The position numbers and the translations under genes were made by a program. The notes under the pieces are model-generated. The model saw only the letters and a program-made list of their open reading frames with translations. It ran no database searches and was not told the DNA's origin. A stretch of 64,000 bases of DNA from Octopus vulgaris. Lineage: Eukaryota. The stretch spans positions 58,528,001 through 58,592,000 of the forward strand of contig OX597823.1 in assembly GCA_951406725.2 (NCBI GenBank), in the 5' to 3' direction. Shown here in pieces: positions 52,726-64,000 of this stretch. How positions within the stretch are numbered: position 1 is the stretch's first letter; every line of letters starts with the position of its first letter.

Positions 52726-53962
52726 TTGAACATGAGTTGGGTGCATTTTATTTTGCCAACATCACTAGAAAAGGTGACTCAAAGAGCTAAAGTGTCCCCT
52801 TCATATTGTTATCATTTGCCTTCAGTGTGGCTTGAGAATGGCGGGGTTCCAGATTTAAAATGTCACTTAGACTGTTGGGAAAAGATGTGCAAGATTTCTA
52901 GCACCCATGGAGTTCCAAACAGAATGGATATTAAATCAAGACAAACTTTGGTAGTTTGTCTGCTTTAATATTTTAGACCAGGGATTTTTTTTTGTTTTGT
53001 CTCTTTAGGTCACTCTCCTATATTATTAATTCTTTATATTCGCCTGTTAGGTGTTAAATGTTTAAACTACCTAAACAAATGGCCTAAAATGTCGGTAGCT
53101 TGTGGTGGTGGTGGTAACGATGATGATAATGATGATGATGAATACAATCAACAGTGCAAAAGCAAGAAACAGAACACTGACTTGTGCTTGTCAAACTAGC
53201 TTGACAGTTCTCCATGACTGAGTGTCTTAAAACGAAAATTGCTTAGTTCTCCCCTGAAAGGGTCTTTTAATGGAAAGATAATCAGCAAAGAAGAATAAGT
53301 GCAGTCAATAATTCACTCAACATTTAAGAAATCAGTGTTTAACTTTTCAAAAGCCTACCTGCCAGTTTCTGACTTTAAAAGTTTTGCTAGATTGTAAAGA
53401 GAGAGAGAATCTATTTGTGACAAGTAGTGGTTTGCAGATTTGTCAAGTAGACTAAGATGGTTTTGGCAGCTCACATTCAGCAGGTTCTCTCTTGCAAATG
53501 TTTGTTGAAAAGTTATTTGTCTACCTGTAACTGGCAACTAACACGTGTGTGTGTGTGTGTGTGAGAGAAAGAGAGGGGGGGGGAGAAAGAAAACAAACCC
53601 CATTTATTACTCTAACATTCTTGTCTTTTCTTTCTTCTTCTTCTTCTTCTGTTGCTTCTCTTCATCAGTTTCATTTATGTCGTTGTTGTCAAGTTATAAA
53701 TACAAGTTTTTGTTGAGAATTTGTTGCCATATATAAACAATGAAATCATTGTAAACTTGTTAATGTTTCCTTTGTGTGTGTGTGTGAGAGATCTGTGCTT
53801 AACACTTTTGATACCAGCCTTGTTGATCGCCTCAGTAACAAAATCTAATTTTTAAAATAATTTCATATGTCGGTTAAGCTTTCCATCATATCACTGAATT
53901 CTTTTTTTTTTTAAATATAATTGAAAAAACTTTTCTTTCCTTTTTCTTTTGTTGTGTAATTA

Positions 53963-54345
53963 GGCGTAGGAGCGGCTGTGTGGTAAGTAGCTTGCTTACG
54001 AACCACATGGCTCCGGGTTCAGTCCCACTGCGTGGCACCTTGGGCAAGTGTCTTCTACTATAGCCTCGGGCCGACCAAAGCCTTGTGAGTGGATTTGGTA
54101 GATGGAAACTGAAAGAATCCCGTCGTATATATGTATGTACGTGTGAGTGTCTGTGTTCCCCCCATCGCTTGAAAGCCGATGCTGGTGTGTTTACGTCCCC
54201 GAAACTTAGCGGTTCAGCAAAAGAGACCGATAGAATAAGTACTGGGCTTACAAAGAATAAGTCCTGGGGTCGATTTGCTCGACTAAAGGCAGTGCTCCAG
54301 CATAGCCACAGTCAAATGACTGAAACAAGTAAAAGAGAGCAAAAA
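53963..54345 (+). mobile_element. Young tRNA-derived SINE family A (reference copy)
   Basis: GGCGTAGGAGCGGCTGTGTGGTAAG A-box, GGGTTCAGTCCC B-box, CpGs intact, A-rich tail. Confidence 0.9.
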
Positions 54346-54350
54346 GAGAG

Positions 54351-54693
54351 AGACTGTGGCCATGCTGAGGCACCATCTTGATTTTGTCTTTAGCTTGATG
54401 CATTGATTCCAGTACTTGTTTTCATAAACCTGGTTTTTATTCTACCAGTGTCTTTTGTTGAACTGCCAAGTTACAGGGGTTGGGGTGTAAACATACAAAC
54501 TCTAGTTGTCAAGCAGTGGTGTGGTGATAAACACAGAAACAAAGATACACACACCCACACACATATATATATATATATATATATGACAGGTTTCTTTCAG
54601 TTTCCACTTTGGGTGGCCTGGTACTATAGTAGCAGACACTTGTCCAAAGTGACGAGCATAACCATGTTGTTTGGAAGCAAACTTCTTACCACA
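54351..54693 (-). mobile_element. Older SINE family A, inverted and abutting the previous copy
   Basis: Reverse complement of family A from tail to head. Confidence 0.8.
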
Positions 54694-55306
54694 TGGTATG
54701 GCACTGGCAAAACCAGAGCTTAAGGCCATTTCTAGTTCTTTCTTAACATCACAGACTTTGGTTGGGCCTCTTGCTATTGCTTCTCTATGTTAGGTGGTTC
54801 TGTTGACAAGTTGCTGTCATGATCTCTCTCCCTGGAGACTGCTCATAATGCAGAGCAACAATTTCCCATAGTAGCAATGTTATAAATTGTAATTCATTTC
54901 CAGAAAAATATTTTACCTATAAAATTTAAAATACTTGTAAATAAATGACAATAAAACAACAGTAGAATGTAAAGAATATTTTATGTAAAGTAAAAAGAAC
55001 GTCAAGATCTCTTATATTAAAAAGATATTATTATAATCGTTTTCTTAATCACTTTCACTAGACTAGCTCACACAATCACCAATTCACAAGCACTCGTAGA
55101 CGGACTTGTAGATTTCTTTTTAGAAAACAAGTCTAGAGTTGTTTGCTTAGTAGAGACCTTTTCCGCTCTATAAATTTCGCGGTAACATGCTGAAGCATTT
55201 ATTATGGTAGTAGAAACTTTTGCATTTCATTCAAAATTTGTATCTTCTGCTTGAAAAATAAAACTCATAAACCCAAGGTTTCATATAGCGGGTCCTTGTA
55301 AAGTGA

Positions 55307-55711
<405 letters not shown>

Positions 55712-57720
55712 ATTAAAAGAGAAAGGGGAAAACAAAAAAATGTATAAAAACGTGGAAAAAAAAATTTTACTCTACAACACATACAATCTGTCACGTACAG
55801 TACAAGCATGTGTGGTCAGTTGTTGGTGTTAGGAACCACAGCAACTACAGGCATTGCCCAATTATCAAGGAACTGTGTATTACAATGATGGAGGAAGTGG
55901 AAGAGGAGGAGGCAACAGGCAGCTGTTGGTGAAGCTGACAATGGTGATGATGATGATGATGATGTTGTTGTTAGCTAGCTAGCTAGCTAGCTTATAGCCA
56001 AGTGGAAATCCTCCATATAGAGAGACTTTTATTATTTTTTTTTTCCCCTGCCGCCTGCTAGCTGGCTGTCAAACATTTTATCACAAACCACAGACTTATA
56101 TGAACTTTGACTGGACAGACTCTTTAAGGTTCCAAAAATCCATTAAGAAGAAAAAAAAATTCAAAAAATCTGTTAAACAACTTTTTTCTCATTGACCTTT
56201 ATAATTTTTTTTTTTTATATATATACACTAATATTAAATAATAGTGAATAGTTTTGCTGGAAGTTCCAAAACCAAATACCAGCGGCAGAAGCTAAATGGC
56301 TGAATTTTTACATTTTTTTTTTTTTCTCTCACTTTCATTCAGTCACTTTGATTCCCATCATCTTTATTTTTAATGAATGAATTAATTAATCAATTAAGTA
56401 CTATTGTATTAAACCTTCCTCTCTGTAACTCTCTCTCTCTCTCTCTTTAGCTCTCCCTTTTTTTTTTTTTTTAATATATATAAATATATATCTGTCTTTC
56501 TCTTCCCGTTTAGATTAAGTGTCCGTATGGCGTAATGTACTGATTTTGATTTTTAAAAGTTTTCCAGTGTTGTCACCTCTCCATCTACCCATCACAGGTC
56601 CAGGTGGGTTCCTGGTATTCTTATAGCATTTGGCTCACTTAATAAGACATTTGGCAGCTAGCTGTTCTTCCATTGCTACTGCTCATGATGGTCACTAACA
56701 TCACATGACTTCATCTTCCTCATCATCATTGTCATCATCACCATCATCATTATTATTATTATTATTATTACACAGATCTGTGGTGGTAGCTTTGTTAAAT
56801 ATCACAAAACTCATACATTTTTCAATCTTTCTTCCAGTCTTTTTTTTCTTTTTCCCAAGTTCTTAGATTAATTATTATTGACGGCGGCAAGCTGGCAGAA
56901 TCATTGGCACACTGGACGAAATGCATTTCGTCCGTTGCTAGGTTCTTAGTTCAAATTCCACTAAGGTTGACTTTACCTTTCATCCTTTGATAAAATAAGT
57001 ACCAGTTACGCACTGGGGTTTATGTAATCAACTCATCCCCTCCCCCAAAATTGAAACCATTATTATTATTATTATCATTAATAAGGTGATGAGGTGGCAG
57101 AAGCATTAACGTGCTGGACAAAATGCTTATGGTATTTCGCCCATCACTATGTTCTTTCTGAGTTCAAATTCCACCGAGGTCGACTTTGCCTTTCATCCTT
57201 TCAGGGTTGATAAAATAAGTACCAGTTGAACACTGGGGTCGCTGTAATCGACTCATTCCCTTCCCCAATGCCCTTGTGGAAAAAATTTGAAACCATTATT
57301 ATTATCATTAATAATTTTATTTTCATTTCCCATTCTGTATTTTGGCTTTAATTTCAGAATTTTGCTTCAGTTTTTACACATTTTTTCCCCTTCCTTGCTT
57401 GGTCTTATTGTAAGTTGTCCTTTCAATCCTACCCTGTTTTGAAAACAAACCTCTCTCCTGTTCATTAGTTATGGAATCCTTCTTTCCCTAATCTCATTCA
57501 TCAACAGTTAGTGGACCCCTCCCTCATCCCGCAACATCCCACCTGTTGTCGCCATCATCTCCTGTTCCTGTCTTCACTACTACTACTACTCATTTATCTT
57601 TTCATTGTCAGATCTGCTGTTTATGTTGTAATTTTGCTCTCACGGCCCTGCTGTATATTTAGGACGGCTGTGACAAAGCTCTTCAATTATTTTCCCCTGC
57701 CAATAAAAAAAAAAGTCTCT

Positions 57721-57751
<31 letters not shown>

Positions 57752-58190
57752 ATGCTCTCTCTCTTTTCATCTAAGTCTCTTTTAAACTTTGGAGGAAGTA
57801 GATCAATCATTTTAAATCAGTGAGAGGAATGGGATGCCAGCCACTACGTTGGATGGACAGGATTTTTCTTTTTGTTTTTGACTTTTAGAAATATTTGAAT
57901 TTTTAAAATGTAACTTTTTTGTGTGTGTTTAATGTACGGTAGGTGTGTATGTCAACAAAGGAGGTGCCACATGTTCTTAGCATTAAAACAGCAATCTGTA
58001 AATATTTCCTTTATTTTTGTGATGTCATAGCCTGTTGTCCATAAAAGATGTCTACATTAAATGCTCTTCTTAACTTGCTAAATGAAATTTTTTTTATATA
58101 TATATATATTAAAAAACAAAAATGTAAGCAAAAAGAAAAAAAATCAAAAGAAGAAAAGTAAAATAAATTTCATTAGATAAAAACTTAAAT
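55712..58190 (+). other. Putative long 3' UTR of the HP1-like gene
   Basis: U-rich unique sequence after the stop. AATAAA near 57702 and 58162. End uncertain. Confidence 0.35.
56883..57296 (+). mobile_element. Two tandem SINE family B copies
   Basis: Two heads (56883, 57084), each ending TTGAAACC(ATT)n. Confidence 0.8.
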
Positions 58191-58252
58191 ACACTTTAAT
58201 GAGTTTTTTCTTATTTTACGCAATATATAAGTACATATATATTCACATACAC

Positions 58253-58296
<44 letters not shown>

Positions 58297-58729
58297 GCGC
58301 ACACACTGATTGTTTCCCTTTGAGGTTTTCAATATATATATATATATTTCACATTCTCTAAAACATACATTTAAAAAAAAAATTCCTCATCTTTCTGCTG
58401 TAGGCACAGGGTCTGAAGGTTTGTTGGGAGAGAGAGCTATGGCAAAAGTTGACATTGGCAGGCGGAATTTGTTCTCAAAGACTTACAGGATGCTGCTGAG
58501 TATTTTGTCCGGCATGCAAATAATTCTGCCATCTTAACAATCTTACCAATAACAACAGTAATATCCCACGTGATGCACTTTAAATACAGCAAAATAATGT
58601 TTTCATTACTTCAATGCAGTAAATATAACCACCAATACAAACCACAGCACATAAGCAAGGCACACAAAGCTCCACTTGGTAGTGTAGTGAAAGCACATGA
58701 TAGAAATAAGGCTACTGAATAATAATAGT

Positions 58730-58952
58730 GCTTCCTACTAAAGGCACAAAGCCTGAAATTTGATGGGTGGGGACTAGTTGATTATATCCATTCCAGTGTA
58801 TCACTGGTACTTAATTTATTGACCCAGAAAGAGATGAACGGCTGAAAGGCAATGTCGATCTTGGCGGAATTTGAACTCAGAACGTAGCGATGGTTGAAAT
58901 ACTACTTAGTATTTTGCTAGGCATGCTAACAATTCTGACGACTCACCACCTA
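58730..58952 (-). mobile_element. SINE family B
   Basis: GGAATTTGAACTCAGAACG. A partial minus copy also lies at 59262-59395. Confidence 0.75.
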
Positions 58953-59398
58953 TATTCATTATTATTATTATTATCATCAATATTATTATTGATAATAATA
59001 ATAATAATAATAATAATAGCAGCAACATATCATTATAAGCAGTGCTATTGAGTCAAAAGGATAAGTTTTATGATTGTTTGATAAGTAAGAATTTATTTCA
59101 CTTAGCCCTTTCACCATCAACCTACCTGAAACATCGTTAACTTTTAATTGGGAAAACGTTTGTTCTTTGCAAGATCATTACAGTTGTATAGTAACGTCTT
59201 ACAAGTTTTGATGATTCTCAGAATGATGATGATGATGGTAATAATAATAATAATAACAATAATCCTTTCTACTACAGGCGCAGGGCCTGTAATTTTGAAG
59301 GAGTGTTAGTTGGTTATATCAACCTCAGTACATGACTGGTACTTAATCTATCCACCTGAAAAGGATGGAAAGCAAAGTAGTTCTTGACGGAATTTAAT

Positions 59399-60227
59399 AG
59401 GTTTGTGTGGTAAGAAATTTGCTTCTCAACTACAGGGTTCAGTCCCACTGCATGGAACCTTGTGCAAGTGTTTTATACTATATCCTTAGACCAACCAAAG
59501 CCTTGTGATTGGATTTGATTGATGGAAACTGAAAGAAGCCCGTTTAAATATACGCATGTATCTGTTAAGTTTTTGTTTTTATCCCCACACTACCACGTGA
59601 AAACCAATGCTGGTTTGTTTACATCCCTGTAATTTAGCGGCTCTGCAGAAAACTTGGAATAAGTACCAGGCTTTTAAAATAAGTAGGGATCAATTCATTT
59701 GACGAAAACGCTTCCAGGCAGTGCTCCTGTGTGCCCTTAATACAATGATTGAAACATAAGAGAAAAGAATATTTTCGTTAGAAATATCGTTATAAAAGGG
59801 GTCAAGCTACTGGAACCCTTAAGAAATGTGAGGCTACAGCAGCACACAACCGTGCACATTGATTTCCTTCTCCCTAAGTCTGTGATTTTGTACATATAGC
59901 CGCTGGTGTTGCTGTGTGGTAAGAAGCTTGCTTCCCAACCACTATGGTTCTGGCTTCAGTCGCACCTTGAGCAAGTGTCTTCTATAGCCTTGGGCCGACC
60001 AAATCCTTGTGAGTGAATTTGGTAGATAGAAACTGAAAGAAGCCCGTCATGTATATGTATATTTATGTCTGTATGTCTGTGTTTTTCCCCCCACCATCAC
60101 TTGACAACCGATGGTGTATTTATGTCCCCGAAAAAGAGACCAATAGAATAAGTCCTGGGGGTGATTTCTTCGACTATGGGCGTGCACCAGCATGACCGTG
60201 GTGAAATGACTGAAGCGTGTAAAAGAG
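59399..60227 (+). mobile_element. Two SINE family A copies (59399-59768, 59904-60227)
   Basis: Family A heads and tails. Confidence 0.75.
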
Positions 60228-60502
60228 TTAATCATTAGAAATCGAGGTATATTTTTGTTATTACCCAGCATTTCAAAATGAAGCGAAATGAGAGTGGGCA
60301 TTGATATTTTTCATGAACACATTTACAAAATCTTAGTTTGTTCCTTCCAGTTTCAAACTCTTCTCAACAAATATATTCTTTCAGCTGGATATGATTTTGT
60401 GATGGTATATTCCATGCCTACCATCTTGATTCACTGCTTTCATGACCATATGTTTGATGGGGGAAAACACCAATCTTCGTTCTTGAGAAACTCTACTGTA
60501 TC

Positions 60503-61330
<828 letters not shown>

Positions 61331-62937
61331 TATATGCTCATTATCTATAATTTCCAAATGAAATTTCCTTAAAATCTAACAATCTTTTGTTTAGTGACGC
61401 CAAAGGAGGTAAAGAAACAAGAAATATGAAACACGGGATACTTACGAAAAAAAGTCACCATAATCGATATTGTGTATGAATGGAAATCTGCAGAGAGCAA
61501 GCTCTGAGCTTTGGGATGGCAGATTTCAACCTGCATTGAAACTATTTCTCTTCCATTGCACAGCTGTCTCCCTTGATAAAGCCATTTCTGGAAGTTTTCT
61601 ACTTAGACTAAATGTATTTAATATCGTGTGCTTTTTAGCATCAGAAACCAAGGTTTTAGTTGACTTTGAACCAATTCTGTCGTTTGGCCTGTTAGAAATT
61701 GCAGCTTATTCTCCAACAACTCACACCCAACGATCTTTGAAAAGACTGATATTTGTAATATTAGATAAACTATGTCTAAAAACCAAAAAGAATGGGATCG
61801 TCATGGGTGTAATGCTTTTTCATCAGAGCTGATATGGGGTTAGAATAATATACAAAATTATTAGCAAATGAAGGGGGCCTCTCTGCTGTCGTTTAATCTG
61901 CTAAATATTGCAGCTAAATTTTATAATCATAATCTTAGAAACGAAGTTCACAGACGGTTGTATTAATTTGCAGGGGGATGGTCACAGCTGGAATGCTTTA
62001 GATCATATATTTGCTTTATTGGGGCTGACCAACATGCAAAATTTAAAGTGGACATCTGCTAGGTATATCAGCCAAAACTCTTTCAGTTCACTTCCTTCGA
62101 AAGAAAGGGGCGTATTTTTCGGACAATGTATCTTAAATTTTAGATACATTATCTGAAAAAAGTGGGATAGGCATGATTGGAATGTCTTAGTCAGGACTGA
62201 CTAAGGGTATTCGTTTGATATCTAAACTTAATACCTAAAAAAAAAAAAAATCTAACCCTTTTTTCTCCCCAAACACTGCAGTAACCACATTTAACTCATT
62301 TGATACCAACCCATCTAAGACCGCTCCTGATTCTATAATACATACTCCCTGTTTTAAAATTAACTAAAAGCCTTCCGTCAACATTTCATGTTAATTGATG
62401 CTCCAAACACCATCATACTAACGCCAAAATTATTTCATCAAGTTCTTCATTATTTTTCAAAATTAACCAAAACGAAGTCAGTGTATTTCAATTGTATGAA
62501 GAAATCATATTATAGCAGTGTAAAATACTTTTGCCAAATATGCTTATTTCTAAGTGTTATTAGTTTTCAAATAATAACAACTCAACGTTTTGGTCTCCTC
62601 TCTTTAATTCTTCTACATTGGTCAAATAGCTCTATTTTTTCTCATTAAAAACAAACAAAAAATGCTTTTTCATGAAAATACAATTACTTAGTAATAATCG
62701 TTGTAATTGAGTTTTTCTATTCATTTTCAGTTCATTGTAATTACACATTTTTCTTTTCTTTTCTTTGTACTCTTCCCTAAACTATTTCCGAAGAAGGACT
62801 TAAAATTTATGTATATATTTAACTGAAGAAGACCATTGAAAAAGAAAAAGGGCTCCAGTGTATCAGAATTTAGAATAAAACCTTTATGTATACCAATGTA
62901 AAAAAAAAAAAAAGAAATAAAAAAGAAATCAACCCCT

Positions 62938-63132
62938 TTATCCAATGATTGTGTAAAGTGGTTCTGAAACCAAGATTACGCTTGGTTTCTCCTTAGGAGA
63001 AACTGGTGGTATATCCTTTTGTCTGAAAACCTTTGTACAAAAGTCGAACGCATTGTGTGTAAGTGTGTGTAATTGCAGTCGTTTAGAATATAATGCTAAA
63101 GCATTGCTCCAGTATGACTTTAACCATGCTGA
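62938..63132 (-). CDS. Possible terminal exon of an unidentified minus-strand gene
   Basis: TCTTGATGCAG acceptor and a 64-aa non-repetitive frame to TAA. No recognisable domain. Confidence 0.25.
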   Translation of the reverse strand, partial: SAWLKSYWSNALALYSKRLQLHTLTHNAFDFCTKVFRQKDIPPVSPKEKPSVILVSEPLYTIIG

Positions 63133-63502
63133 CTGCATCAAGATTTAAAGAATGTATTTAACAAACACCAATGTTAGCTTATAAATGAAGGGAAAAAAGC
63201 TTACACCTCAATACGTAGTGTAAAATTTATTCGTATATTTATTTAAGTTTTGATCACAACTCAACTTTCATGCTCTAAGCATATATAAATTTAAATACAC
63301 AGCCGAAAGTTCTAATAGTTTCTTGCTATTATGATACTAAAACACGCCATGTCCAGCATAAACAGCGCCCGAAAGATTGCTTTTAAAGTAATCTTTCGGG
63401 GGCTGTTTATGCTGGACAAAGAAAATGAGATAAAAAACATGGACAGGTTTTTTTTATCGAATTGGAGACAACCACTCGCTCTGGACTGAGTTGCTGTCTC
63501 AC

Positions 63503-63606
63503 AGATTTTGACATTTTGATATTTTCTGTTCTAAACCAGTTGTATTTGATGAGCTTTCTGTAATCAGTAAGGATGAGGAGCTTAGTTTCCTTGATTTCGT
63601 TAGAGC
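63503..63606 (-). CDS. Possible internal exon of the same minus-strand gene
   Basis: TCTTCAG acceptor, GTGAGA donor, phase 1 to 0 compatible with 63132. Confidence 0.2.
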
Positions 63607-63755
63607 CTGAAGATACATGCCCTAATTTATAAATATGCCCGTTCAAGTACCATAATAGTATGAAACTATTAATAACTCTTTCGATTTATCTCTCGCTTGA
63701 TGGACTTCTTTTATTATTCTACCTCTATTCGATCTTTAAACTATATATACACACA

Positions 63756-63968
63756 CACATTCTCCTCGATTTTCGGACGTTGGGCAGCTGCGCGTACATT
63801 AACTATGACAGCATCTGGTAACGTAGGTCTCCCTCAGACCCAGACATCCACTACCTGCCTTTCTGTCTCTCAGTTGCGTTTGAATGAAAAGTGTTGAAAA
63901 ATATAAATCTGACATCCGACCAGATCGACTTACGACCTGTCAGTCGGTCGTAAGTCGAGGAGAAGGTG
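63756..63968. mobile_element. Tigger/pogo-like MITE
   Basis: CACATTCTCCTCGA..TCGAGGAGAAGGTG|TA ends and a subterminal TCGACTTACGACC palindrome. Confidence 0.55.
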
Positions 63969-64000
63969 TATATATGATTTTGTATTAAGTATTATCTTCC

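Noticed and set aside
63925-63958. Perfect 13-bp CpG-rich stem-loop as terminator or ncRNA
   Set aside because: Explained as a subterminal repeat of the Tigger-like MITE TIR.

Overview
This is AT-rich, microsatellite- and transposon-dense eukaryotic DNA. The repeat families look like those of a coleoid cephalopod, probably Octopus (my inference, not database-verified). One host gene is well supported: the 3' half of a + strand HP1/chromobox-like gene. Its visible parts are a charged helical hinge exon (22390-22658), a probable 48-nt symmetric cassette exon (37698-37745) and a terminal chromo-shadow-domain exon (55482-55711); the chromodomain exon(s) must lie upstream of the window. The rest is intron, UTR or intergenic DNA. 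It carries a full-length but dead mariner, a decayed second mariner, an internally deleted DUF4817-type Tc1/mariner, piggyBac deletion derivatives and TTAA-MITEs, Tigger-like MITEs, a Helitron-like element, RTE and Dong/R4 LINE fragments, and three tRNA-derived SINE families. Most long ORFs in the track are microsatellite artefacts. No CRISPR, rRNA or true tRNA gene is seen. The best leads are the divergent HP1 paralog, several long RNA hairpins (10030-10167, 33843-33955, 63350-63418), inverted SINE fold-backs around the last exon, and a degenerate hammerhead motif. Repeat boundaries were read by eye and are approximate unless a TSD or TIR is cited.
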